From contig JAQFVV010000002.1 of assembly GCA_028023455.1 (NCBI GenBank), positions 8,246,001-8,310,000 of the forward strand: a stretch of DNA of 64,000 bases, read 5' to 3'. The notes below the pieces were generated by a model. That model was not told the DNA's origin and made no database searches. It saw only the letters and a program-made list of their open reading frames with translations. Each line of letters starts with the position of its first letter. Position 1 is the first letter of the stretch. Positions 39,440-51,973 of the stretch are shown here, piece after piece. Both the position numbers and the translations under genes were made by a program. This DNA comes from Epiperipatus broadwayi (taxonomy: Eukaryota > Animalia > Onychophora).

Positions 39440-41480
39440 ACAGAAATTTTCTAACATAACCATAATTTTCCAGCCTCCAAACCCAAATTATATCACTGCC
39501 ACATAAAAAATACTTTTCACTAGTATGCAGTGATAATTAAGAACTCTGTATTAAAGAAAAAATAAACTAATGAAATACAACAAATAAATTTATTGCTCAT
39601 TCAGTTTTTAAAAAATAATTTACAAGATAAAAAATATGATTGTTGCATAATCTATATTAAGAAAAATAAAATTTAAAAAAAGTTCATCTTTTTTGTTCAG
39701 ATTAAAATATAAATATGGCAGACAATCATAAACAAACATTCATCTTCAGAAGCAAAATGCATATTTATTACCACACATACATACAAATTATTAGAATAAA
39801 ATGCCAGTTAGGTATTCAGTGTTGTTATAAAAATATTAATCTGCTGAAATACAACAAGTACTTTTATTGCCTAGCAATATTTTTGCTATATAGACTACAC
39901 TTCTGAACATGGTAGACAATTAATTTTACATCTTCATGCACATAAAAAAAATCCTTTTTTGTACAATAATATAGTGGCCAGTGTATAATCTGTATTCAAC
40001 TACATCAAATTATTAAAAAAAAAAGAAGCTTAAGTTCATTTTTATTGCTAAAAAATAGTTTTTTGTTTTTTTACTGTAACAAATGAAAGATTTTAAAGAT
40101 AGCAGTAAGCCATACTATATATTTAGTGCAAATTTCATCACTGTCATATATTAAAAAAAATTATATCATCAAAATAAAAAAGATAATCTTTATTGCTCAG
40201 AAATATATTTCACCATAATAAATGAAAGAAATACAACATGGCAGGCAACCATAATCTATCATCTTCAGGCGCAAATTACATCATCATTGCAATATATAAC
40301 ACTTTCTTTTACTAATATGCAGTGATAATTTTGTGTTAAAAAAAAAAATAATAACAAAATAAAAATGTTATTCATCTTTGCTGATGAGCATCACATCATA
40401 GCATAAATAACTTTCTTTTATATATTAATATGAAGTGATAGAAATTCTGTGTTAAAAAAAAAATTAAATCACTAACATAAAAAAAGATAATTTTTTTTAT
40501 TATTAAAAAATGTTTTCAATCATAACAAATAGATTTTTTTAAAATGAGAAATGACCATAATTTTTTATCTTGATGTGCAAATTACCTCATCATTATTATA
40601 TAAAACATTATTTATTTTGCTCAGAATTAATTTTTACAATAAAGATTAAGAAATTTCTGAAGATGGTACAAAACAATACACTTTCAAGTTTAGATAAATA
40701 GATAACAATTTTTATAAGCTGTAATATACTATGTAAAAAAAAATTAAATCATTAAAAAAAAACCCATCTAATTATTGTTGAAATATATTTGCCATAATAT
40801 ATAAAAAGATTTGAGAATATGATAAAAAATCATTATCTTTAATTTTCAGATACAAATTATGTCATCATTGCATATAAAAAAATGCCCCCCCCCCCACACA
40901 CACACTCTATAGTAAAACTGAAAAATATAACAGAAGGAATACATTTTTAATATCTACAATAAATTTTTGTAAATGATATGCATTTATAAATCAGCATCTT
41001 CAACACATATTAACATAATCTCATAGCACAAAAAGAAACCATTTTTTAGCAAATGTAATAATAGGAACTAAATTAACTACTACTCAAAGTAAAAAAGATA
41101 ATTTGATCTTTATTATTCAAAATGCATTTTGCCATAACAAATGAAAAAAATTTTGAATATGCCAAATGCAAACTCCATTATTATTTTAATATAAAAACTT
41201 TTTTGTTTACTTTATCATGTTTATTATTAAGAAAAAGTAGGACTGTTGATATAAGCAAATATAATTTATTGTTCAAAAATACTTTTTGCCAAAAAAGAAT
41301 TTTTTGAAGATAATAAGCAACAATATTTTTCATCTTCATACCCCTATTACATAGCATTGTGATGAAATAATTCACAGAAGCAAAAAATCTTTCTAGCTTG
41401 AAATATATTTCATCTTCACAAAGAAAAAATCTAACTATAGCACAACCGTAATCTTTCATTTCAAATGCAAATTATATCAT
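39440..41480 (+). repeat. Old diverged satellite-like array, about 150-180-bp unit
   Basis: Recurring CATAATCT...CATCTTCA..TGCAAATTA(C/T)ATCA...GCAGTGATAA...GTGTTAAAAAAA...TTATTGCTCAGAAATA...AAATGAAAGA, e.g. near 40250, 40555, 40830 and 41450. Confidence 0.75.
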
Positions 41481-44031
41481 AGTGCTACATAGAAAATAAT
41501 ATAATATACCGGACAAAAGCTTTAGATTCGCATATACTGACCGCCAGGGCGCCACTAGTCCGAAATTTGGAACTAGACATTTATTTTTAAAGGGTTACAG
41601 GATATGCGAATCGAATGCGCCGGACTAGCTCAATCAAGCAAATGAGATTATGTTTTGTTCAGAGAGTTGGAAAGGTAGCAACAGAAAACAAAATCAACTA
41701 AGTAAATGAATAAATAATTTTATTAGTAGCATGGTTAAATAAACATAAATCTAAATAATAATCTTTAAAGCACACTTAAAATATGTACTACACGTACATT
41801 CGTCAAAATTAAATTTAAATATTTTATATGGCTGTGAGAGTGATTTTCTGTGCGTGAAAGAATGCAAAACAGTGACAGTAGCAGAAGTATTAGTAAGTAT
41901 TCAGTGATCTCACGTAAGAAAAGGAAGGTTAGCTTCCTGCTTATAACCCATAGTTAGGAAAAGGCTGAATCTCCGTATTTGAGATTTATGTAAGCTTATG
42001 TCGAAACCGAAGAAATGCTAAGGTAGCTTCCAAAACATTAATAATAATAAAAAGAGTGTTGAAAGTTATTACTTTCAATCGATTGACCTCCCTGAGTGAG
42101 ACAGGCTAGGAGCTCACGATCTACCTATTGAGAGGGTTAAAACGATCGTACGTGCCCCTAATAAACGATTTGGAAGCTTGAAGAAATAAAACTAAAAACT
42201 ATTATATTTCATAATCGTCTATCATAAATAATTAAAGTTTCATGACATAAGTAGAACTAATAATAAAATGGGTCACAAGCCAGAAGTCAATTAAAATAGT
42301 CTGTAATATCCAGACTGCTTTCTATAATAAAAGGAATGTGAGATTAAAATAAACTACTATCTTACTTACTAAGACTTAAATAGGACAGACAGTAATAGGT
42401 TTGAAACTAGCACTTGTTAAAAAAAAAAAGAAAAAAAAAATCAAGTACACAGAAATCAAATTACATAAGATACAACTAGAAAAACATTTATATTTTTTTT
42501 AAAAAAAGGAAACCCATATAAGACAACATTATTTAAATTGCAAAACTGTAAGATACCTTTATAATTTATTTAAATGCTAGTGCACTAGACTTCTTAAGTA
42601 TAGTCCGTTGCTCTGGATTCACTGACGGTAGGCTCGGGCGAGTTGGTTAGTAGTTTCTTTGGAGCCGGTTCTTATGGCATTATAGGCAGTTAATGGAGAC
42701 ACAGGACATCCAAACCTGTCCTGGAGAGAAGCTTAGCACATCATGGTAAAGAAAATATTCTTTCTGTAGGTTTAATGTTCATTCTAGGTAGAATAATTAC
42801 CGGATCAGCTTTCAGAATATGCAGGAATAGTTAGTGCAAGTATCTCTCGGAGTTGGTGGAAGTGTCTCAGAGTTTGTGCAATTCTCCTGTCAGAATTAGT
42901 GTCTGTCTCTTTGCGCTGGTGCAAGTATACTAGCTGATGCAAGTATTGAAAGCTAGTCCTATATAATCCAATGGCCTGATTCCTCCTGTTATATCTGAAT
43001 CATATCTCTTAAACCAATTACTAAACTTTTTCTTTTTAATTAAAATTTAAATTTAGATTCTCTAAACTTATTTTCATAGGTTAAATTACAACTCTTATAC
43101 AGAATACATGTTTTATTTTGTGATTAACCTTGTACATATATTTTCCAGTATGTTTGACTAATCAACTAGTATCTGTCTCTATCATATATATAAATTGGGG
43201 AAACTTGTTAAATAGGTTGTTAACATCTGCAAACATATAATTTAGCTAGCCAGCATCTCAATTATATTAAATAACTAAAGTTTATTTTTCTATATAATTA
43301 TAATTTGTAGAGAATGAGTGACATAGGTGGATTTCTACCATGGGGTATAAGAGTTGGATTAGAATAATCATTAATTAGTAAAATGGTAGAGGTTCACATG
43401 TGATACATGTACATATGATTATTATTATTTTTTATCATTACTATTGTTGTTATACTTTATATTTATTATTGTTAATAAATGTTTAAGAGTTTGTTTTATT
43501 CCGGTCTCTGGTTTATTGAATTGTCCTGACATTCCACAGTCTATAAACAATTAGACAGGAATACACATCTATTTTTCTTATTATATAAAAGCTTGAAAAT
43601 AAAACAAATATAATAAATGCTAGTTGTAACCTATATTATAGGTGCAGGAGTTGCTGTGTGTATCTGTTCATGCCTGCTAAAGGAGTTAAAAGCAATATTC
43701 TCTCTGGGCTTGAATATTAGGGCATAACGGAATTAAAAAGGGGGAAAGTGGATGAACTAACCTAAATTGCATTTATTATTATTAAATAGGGATAGAGTTA
43801 GTCAATTAAAGTGTATGCAATCATTGGTTAAGCATTTCATCAGGTTCTCATTAGCATTCTATCAGATGACCCACAGTCTGAACATAGTTGGATGCAACTT
43901 TTTTCTCTTCTAAACCTGGTAGGTCTCTGCAGATTGTTTCATTAGGGGCAATAAATTAGAGTCTATTAATTTATCACCACACCATATTGCTACATCTGCA
44001 TAGTAGTACAGTCTGCAAGTTAGTTGACCAT

Positions 44032-44345
44032 CCATTATATCTGGTGCACCATCATTGGGCTTGGTTAGTTTGTGACTGTAGATAAAGAGTACTGCCCATT
44101 ATACTGGTGTTAGCAATGTTTGGGATTAGTTGTAATCATTCTGTCCGTTATATCTGGCGTCATCAACTTTTGGGGCTAGTGGTCATCGTTCCGTCCGTTA
44201 TATCTGGCACCAGCAACGTTTGGGGCTCGATAGATAGGTGTATCATCACATAAATACTTTATGTAAGTTGGTCATACATTGTGATTGAACCAGCTGATTG
44301 TTGAATCTGATCAATATATCCAAGTGAATCGTTCCATCCGTTATA
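44032..44345 (+). repeat. Tandem about 50-bp units of LTR-end-like CC(G/A)TTATA plus tRNA-Lys(CUU) PBS-like sequence, ending in a lone LTR-end copy
   Basis: Units start at 44032, 44096, 44145 and 44195; lone ATCGTTCCATCCGTTATA at 44328-44345. 44205-44230 matches the complement of the tRNA-Lys(CUU) 3' end at 21/22 nt with two 2-nt insertions. Confidence 0.65.
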
Positions 44346-44724
44346 ATGTATATATGCGTATAAAAGAAAATATAAACGTACACATGCATAACACAGACAT
44401 ACAACTATTTGGCTCTCGTTGTCATTAACAAGAAAATGATTTTCCAATTGATTAAAAAGTTGAACACTTTCTCGAATCATTTTTGCTGTGAAACGAGCTT
44501 CTGTTTCATTATTTTTTTTCTAAATCTTCTATGGTATCTAAATTTATTGCCAAACCTTTTTCTAACAGGAATTTAAAGTATGTAAAATTTAATGTGTGCA
44601 TATAAAATGGGGAAATCCTGATTTTAAGTGAAATATAAACTTTTTTATTGCATAAAAAAAAACCACATAAAAAGATATTAAGAAGACGTTAAAAAAAATC
44701 CGCACAAAAAAAGATCCAGGTATA
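44346..44724 (+). mobile_element. 3' half of the pogo/Tigger-like family at 33369-34860
   Basis: TATAAAAGAAAATATAAAC...CATACAACTATTT(G/A)GCTCT and the end AAAAAAATCCGCA(C/T)AAAA..GA.CCA match about 34100-34860. Confidence 0.65.
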
Positions 44725-45049
44725 CTAATGTTTTAGAAATTTTATGAAGAATCCAACTAACTTACTAACAAAAATGTAATTTTAAGTTGAATGCATGATA
44801 ATTTAAAATTTATGAAATAACATGAAAATAATTATTAGAAATACTAACTTTTATCCTTTTTTTTATTACTTTGAATATCAATAACTATATTTTTTTTCAG
44901 CTTAATTACATTCTTTGGTGTTTGATCTTTAAAATAATATACATTGTCATTTTTTAGTAATACAAACATATATTATGATAAAATTTATGGCTTAACATAA
45001 TTTTTTAAATATTCAATATGGCTGCTTCATCAGTGTATCAGTTTTAATG

Positions 45050-48000
45050 GACTGACAAGAGACATGGATGACAAAACAAGTAATGTAATGGAGATAATTA
45101 GGCAAGAAATAAGTAAGAAATAGGAAAAGGCAAAGGATATATAAGTAAAATTAAAAGCATTAAACATGAAGTGTGAGCACATCAAGGAATTAATGAATAG
45201 AAATGATAAGTAGATAAGAAGTCCAGAAGGTGGAAGAGAATGTTATGAAGTAGAGAAAGTAAACTATGAGACAGACTTCATAGGGGACGCGCAAATTATA
45301 AACAGAAATAGATATGTAAGAGTATGTTTGCCTGGAGTTAGAATTAAGGATGTTATAAAGTAGAGATGTAAATGTTATGGTAGGGACATATAATTTGTCA
45401 GAGCCAATGGAGAATAATGGATGTGTAGGAGTAGTTGAAATATTACTAAGATTCAATTATAAGTTAGATAGGGCATGTTCTATAAACAAGATTGAAAAAT
45501 TATGCGAGAGAAATAATGTTATGTTTGTGGATGTGTGGGATTTTTTTATTAGTAAGAGAAAGTTATATAGTAAAGATGGATGGTACTTAGTAAAACAAAA
45601 AAGTGAAGCATTAGGAGGTTTGATTTATGAAAAAAATAGTTTGGAAAACTTATAAAGGGGCTAAGGTTTTAAATTACAGTATTATCAAAAAGATTAATAA
45701 TGGATGGTATGTAAGAAGTAAACAAAGGTTAGCTGATTCAGATATAAATGTAGACATGGAGAGGGAATAGGTCTGTAAAATTAATGATAAACAAACTAAT
45801 TACAAATATAATAGAGGAATCAAAAGAATTTATAAAAGGGTAGTAACAAAAGAACCAAATTGTTAAAATTGGTTATTTGAATATGCAAGATGATAAAAGA
45901 CCAGAAAAGTATCTGGAATTAAACAAAGCAATAAATAACGAAGGCATTAGCTGCAGTGGAAACACATCTAAGAGAAGAAGAAAAACCTATACTGGACGAT
46001 TTGGCATGGCGGGGATAAATAGAAAAGAAAAAAAAGGGTGGTGATATGAGAATTATGTCAAAAATATATTTAAATATTGTAAAATGTCAAAAATATTTGT
46101 AGTTTGAGATATAGGAATACAAGAATGGATGGTGGCTATAGTGTATATGGTCACTGGAGGTTGTCTATAATGAAGTGAAACAGTAGCATATATATGAATG
46201 CCTAGTTAAGGATATACCAAATTCCAAAAAAAAAAAAGGGGGGGGGGGAATAATGGTTATAGGGAATATGAATGGGCATAATATTGAAGAAATTGGTGAA
46301 GTGTTATAACAAGAAGATAGCTTTTAAAGAATTTTTGTCAAAGTAAGTTTGAGCATTGGAAATTTATCAAATATTTATGAGGGGCAATATACATGGTCAA
46401 GAAATAATATATTTCACACAATAGATTATGTATTAGTAGAGAAAGAGGAAATAAATAAAAAGCGGAAAATCAAAATGTTTAATAATCAAGAGAATATGTA
46501 ATAGTGATCACAAAATTTCTTTATAATAAAAATATAATGTGATGGAAAATAATAATAAAACTAGAAAGAATGGTAGTGAAAGATATGGATGGATGAATGG
46601 TAAGAATAAGTTAGAAGAATATAAAATAAAAGTAGAAGAAATCACAGAAGAGTTTGTTGGGGATGAATATAAGGAGTGGTGTGGAAAAGTAAAAAAAAAA
46701 TGGCAAACAGGGTTTTAGGGGAGAATATTCAGAAAAATAATAGAAAAGTGAGAATTGGTAGAAGTGTAAAAGAGAGGGAAAAAAGCATGCAGAGAATATA
46801 AATGTGCTATTAAAAACAAAGGGACAACTATTTAAAAAAAAAGTTGGCTAAAATAGATGATTATATAGAAAGAATGAAATTAAATAGTAAATTATTGGAG
46901 GATATTAATAAAAGTGGAAGAGATGAGAGCAAAAAATTTTGAAAATATATTAAAAGAATGAATGTAGGAGAAAGAGTAATCATATTAAGAAATGATTAGG
47001 AAAAAGAGTATAAGTCTAAAGAAGAATGAGAGATAATCTTAATTATGTAGTGGATATAGAAAAGATGTTAGATGTGAAGGACAGAATAATAAATATAAAA
47101 GCACATTGTAACACTAATATAAGTTTTATAGAAAATGATTTGAATGAGACAGGGAAAAAAATTGTAAAGTGGAGAAGCAAAAGATTTAGATAGATGCGCA
47201 GCAGAGATGGTGATGAATTTTGGAAAAAAGGGCAATATTAAATCCATTATCATGGTTTAAGCTGGTATAATACAAGAGTGAGGCTATTATTTACAAGAAA
47301 GGGTAAGAACCATATAGAAAGATAAGCAATTATATATAGACTAGCAGTGATAATGTCAGTGTTAAATAGTTTTTACATATATTGTGGCTGGAAGGGTGGA
47401 AAAATGGATGGAAGAAAATACTATAGTGGGGCAAATGCAAGGAGGTTTTAGAACAGATGTTCAGAAGACAGGTTATTTGGAGTTACACAACTTATAGATA
47501 TGAGTAAGAATGTAGGTAGGCAGTTATATATGGTCTTTATAGATACTGAGAAGGCATATGATAGAGTGAATAGAAATAGATTAGACATAAGTTTAGTAAA
47601 TTTGGGAATGGAGCTTTAGTGGATCTTATTAAGAGATTGCATGAAAATAGTTACTACACATATCAATTAGGAAATATAGAATCAGTTAATTAAAAATGGC
47701 GTGGGACTAAGGCAAGGATGTCCTATGGCATGTATTTTGTTTTTAGAAATATTACCAAATTCACCACTTCCTTTATTTTGCTGTAATATCTTCTATAAAT
47801 GCAATTTATCCACTCCAAATACTTTTTAGCAAAAAAACTCTTCACTGTACACATATGCATACACAATCTTAAGTTTCAACTAACCTGCCATCTACTTCAG
47901 AGCCACTTTAATTTTTTAAAAGTAAAAAAAATTAAAGTAAATGGGGCTTTGAAGAAGAATGCAAGACAATCGAAATGTAAGATTGTGTATGCATATATGC

Positions 48001-49420
48001 CCAACAAAGGGTTTTTTGTTAAAAAATGTTCTAAGTAGAGTGGATAAATTGCTATTTTGTTTTTGTTATATTTGAGAAAAATGGAGGGCAATAGAAAAAC
48101 TAGAAATAAGGGTAGAGATCAATTAATTGATGGCAAGGGAATATATACATTATCAGATCTTTTATTTGCTGATATTTTCTTGTGCCCAGAAAGTAGGAAA
48201 CATGGAAGTTGTGTTGAAGAGTGGGTAAGGAGATGGGGTACAAATTTTGTGAAGAAAAATCCAAAATAATGATGATAAATGCTGAGGAAAGAGAAGATAA
48301 AGAATATTTACTGGGGGATATAAAGTTAAATGTGGTAAATAGGTATAACTATTTGGGAATTGTCTTAAGTAATCAGAAAAATTGTTTGAATGAATAGGAG
48401 AAAAAAAAGATAAATGAAGCAAAAAAAAAAAAAAGGAAAGGTACTGATAAAGAAATTAACAGTGTTTTCATATAATAAATATGATATAGCAAGAATTGTA
48501 TGAACGGGAAGGGCAGTAGCAGGGTTAGCTTATAATAACATGTATTATGTTAGTAAAGGGTGTTGGATTACTTGGAAAAAGTACAAAGATATGTAGGAAG
48601 TCATGCCTTAGATGTAGGTGTGTGACTGGCAAAAAAGGCAAAAGGCAATTCAAGAAGAAATGAGATGGTCAAGTTTTTATATGAGAGATGCAAAAAGCAA
48701 AATGAAAATGTTTGGTAGATTACAATTTATGGATTAGTAAAGAGAATAACCAAAATAGAATTTAATTGGGTTATGAGTAAAGGTCAGCAACAAGATGGAT
48801 GAGAAAGGTAGTACAGTCTGCAGAAGATTTGGATAAAAACTTTTATGTCAGTATATTTGTAGAAAAGATAGGATGATTGTGTTAGGAGAATTGTTGAGTA
48901 TTATAGTGGCAAAGAATGAGATAGAAGAATAGACACATTATTAAAAAATACACAGTTGGAAAAATGGAGTACTAGTATGGAGAGTAAATAGAAAATTGGG
49001 TGCGAGTTAATTTATGATAATAGCAAGAAAAGTAGTTTACTGTTTAAGGATTGTTCGCAACAAGGGAATATACACATAAATGGAGAAATGTGGGTGATTT
49101 AGTTTGCAATATAACATAAGGAAGGTGTGGAAAATATTAGGCATATGCTGAATTAAATGTAAATGCTTACAAGCAGAAAGAGTACAAATAATAAAGTCGT
49201 GGGAGAATAATATAAAGTGGGGTCTTAGTTTTTATGCTGGGTTTGGAAAAAGATAAGGGGGAACTAGATATAAAGGCCATAAAGTGGACAAAGATGATGT
49301 GGAAATGGAATGGAGCAGGATAAAGAAGAATATGGGAAAAACTTAGGCTGGGGAATGGAAAGGAAATGTAAGATGGCGAAGAGGTTTCCCTGGGCATAGT
49401 GGCCAAGAGATTACTGATTT
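45050..49420 (+). mobile_element. Degenerate LINE with SGNH-esterase ORF1 and APE-RT-CCHC ORF2 (RTEX or CR1-group-like; clade not certain)
   Basis: ORF1: FIGDAQ...RVCLPGVRIKDV, MVGTYNL, FVDVWDFF...LYSKDGWYL. EN: KIGYLNMQ (about 45866), AVETHLREEE, YTWSRNN...TIDYVLV. RT: MQGGFR, VFIDTEKAYDRV, GLRQGCPM, LLFAD (about 48160). 3' end shared with 1-4450. Confidence 0.85.
47745..48052. mobile_element. 308-bp insertion in LINE RT: 252-bp imperfect palindrome (47801-48052) plus 56-bp unpaired left segment, 12-bp TSD
   Basis: TATTTTGTTTTT at 47733-47744 and 48053-48064; removal restores GCPMACILFLLYLRKME. Arms GCAATTTATCCACTC / GAGTGGATAAATTGC and CATATGCATACACAATCTTA / TAAGATTGTGTATGCATAT. Confidence 0.8.
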
Positions 49421-49422
49421 CG

Positions 49423-49879
49423 ATAAAGGAGAAGCCATAGTACATCGCTTGCATTCCCCACTTTGCCACAAATCAGGAAGTTTTCATTTTACTGCATCAT
49501 GCAAACATTTCAGAATTTGTAGGTAAAATGTCTGACCATTACAAACGAATTCTGAGTAAACAATATCATTTGCGTCAAAAAAAAAAAAAACCCAGCATCT
49601 TCTTGATATTGCATTTTACTCACTGCATTTTTTGGGGATGTGGTAAACTTGAACTCTTCCACTAAATCTCTCATAAATTCATGTTTCCCCAGAACGGCTT
49701 GCTTGTAATAAACCATTTTCATTTTTTCTAACAGAAAACAGAATTTCTTGCTCCAACTTTTCATCCATTACAAAAAAATCGACAAATAAGTGAGATGCAC
49801 TTAACAAAAAAATTTACTCTACTTCATGATGCCAGTCAGCAAAATGATGCAATATAATGCACTATGGCTTCTCCTTTAT
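49423..49879. mobile_element. TIR-bounded element (ATAAAGGAGAAGCCATAGT(A/G)CA...), possibly Kolobok-like
   Basis: ATAAAGGAGAAGCCATAGTACAT at 49423 and ATGCACTATGGCTTCTCCTTTAT ending at 49879. Weaker pairing extends to about 60 bp. TSD not resolved. Confidence 0.55.
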
Positions 49880-50005
49880 TAGAATAGCCATAATGCATCA
49901 CATTGCATCACTTTGCTGAATGGTATCATGAAGTGGAGTAAATATTTTTGTTAGATGTGTCTCACTTATCTGTCGATTTTTGTAATGGCTAAAAAGTTGG
50001 AACAA
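49748..50005. repeat. Inverted repeat, about 120-bp arms, 16-bp spacer (tail-to-tail copies of the same element end)
   Basis: 49748-49869 pairs imperfectly with 49886-50005 (e.g. AAATCGACAAATAAGTGAGA / TCTCACTTATCTGTCGATTT). Confidence 0.85.
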
Positions 50006-50269
50006 TGTGAAGACGAGTATCCTCTAGAGGTGGAAGCATGTACTAAAATGCGATCACTCATCAGAGAATGATTCCGGGTTTTTGGGGGATACCCCTCATA
50101 AACATCTTAAAATAACAATATCTATTCTATATAAAAACTTTTTTTTCTCACTCACATATATACTTCATGTTGAGGAAATATAATTATTATGTACTTTGTG
50201 TTATTTAAGAAACCAATAATAACTTTTTTACTAATAAATTTTTTTTTTGCTATCAATAAAAAAACTTTA

Positions 50270-51200
50270 AGATGATGTACACCCACAATTTGCATTTCCA
50301 GGCACATATTATATCTCATAGCTCCAAGAAAATCTTTTTTACCAATATATAACAATAGAAGCTTTGTGTTAAAAAAAAATTAAACATTAAACTAAAAAAG
50401 ATAAATTCACTGTTATTACTAAAAAATGCTTTTCTACAATAACAAATAATAAAAAAAGTGAACCGAACAGTTAACTATAACTTTCATTTTCATATGCACA
50501 TCATCAGTTAATTTTTTAAAAAAAAATCTGTTAAATACAACAGATAAAATTTATTGCTCACAAATACTTTTTTTTATTAAGATTTGAAGTTGGCAAAAAA
50601 ACATAATCTTGCATCTTCAGGTGCAAATTATATCAACATTGTAATATAAAAACATCCTTTCTTTTTTACTACGTAGTGATTAGTTACTTTGTATTATTAA
50701 GAAAGAATTACATGTTAAAATACAAAAAAGATAAGTTTTTTTACTCAGAAATACTTTTTGCTATATTTTTGAATTGTAAGCAATCATAATCTTGCATCTT
50801 TAAGCACATATTGCATTTCATAGCATAATAGAACACTTTTTTTTTACAACTCAGAAATATATTTCACCATAACAAATGAAAGATTTAAAATAAAGCAGCC
50901 AATCATAATCATCATCTTCAAGTGCAAATTACATCATCATTTTTTTTTTTTTTTGCTCATGCAGTGATAATTAAATATTGTGTTAAGAAAAATAAAATCA
51001 TATAAATTCATCTTTACTGAACAGAAATATTTTACACTATAATAAATAAAAAATTTTAAACATGGCAGAGAAATATAACCTTTCATCTTTATTTATTAAA
51101 AATATTTAACAAGATACAAAAATGAAAAATATTGTATGTGGCACATAAGCATAATCTTTCGTCTTCAGAAGTGAATTACAAACAGTGCAGGCAATAATTT
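50270..51200 (+). repeat. Second array of the diverged about 150-180-bp satellite family
   Basis: Same motifs as 39440-41480 (CATAATCTTGCATCTTCAGGTGCAAATTATATCA near 50600; AATCATAATCATCATCTTCAAGTGCAAATTACATCATC near 50900). Confidence 0.75.
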
Positions 51201-51973
51201 TAGACCTATACATACAAATTATACTGAGTTTAATCTAAGATAGATGGGATAATTAGAAAACAGAGCATTATCATCACTAATAATAATGTGCCATTAAAAA
51301 TTTAGTAGTTTTTTTTTTTTTTTAAACAAAAACATTAAATTACATGTTTTAATTAAAAAATAATTTAAAGCAAACAATATAATATACACAGTTGTAGAAC
51401 ACATCAATGTAATCATATTAAATGGTTTATTCAGGAATACATATGTAGTTTTGAGCACCAACCAGTCTATCATGGCACTAAATCATGCAGGCATTTCAAT
51501 CACAAATTTCCAAATCTTTTTTTTATAATTAATTAAATATTTATTTGTAAAATAGTATTTATAAATTAGTTTATTCAAAAATTAAGCTAACACTTTTTTC
51601 TTGTTTATACATTTTTTGATTTCTTGAAATTATCTACTATAGATACATTTTTCCAAAAGCACCTTTGGGATTATGTATAAGTTTGTAGCATTTTTAGATT
51701 AATCAATTGAATTTCATAATAAACACATATGTTGTGTATATTTAAAAAAGCTTATTTATTAATTTTAACATAATATGTCAATAAGCTTTTATAGTATACA
51801 CAATATGTGTTTATTATTGAATTATATTGCTTTAAGAAAAGTTAAAAATTACTTTGAAATTAATCAATTGAGAAAACCAAAATTTACATGTCTTTAAAAT
51901 CCTCATCTATTTATATCAAATAATTATGTAAATGAGTTATTTATTTTTATATAGCGCGATGTTTATGAATTGT

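Noticed and set aside
40381-40420. Hammerhead ribozyme core (CTGATGAG); a similar CTGATGA...GAAA near 61806
   Set aside because: No stem II plus GAAA at the first site, and no stems I/III with a cleavage triplet at the second.
41830-44030. A defined LTR or gag region belonging to the PBS array
   Set aside because: Looks element-derived, but no TG start with a TSD matching the ATGT flank at 44346 and no convincing gag, pol or RT motif.
44032-44230. CRISPR-like repeat/spacer array
   Set aside because: The sequences between conserved cores are homologous to each other (whole 50-bp units repeat), the context is eukaryotic and there are no cas genes.
45010-45035. Other half of a LINE target site (TATGGCTGCTTC resembling the TIR complement)
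   Set aside because: Only about 7 bp match and the upstream sequence does not continue the similarity.
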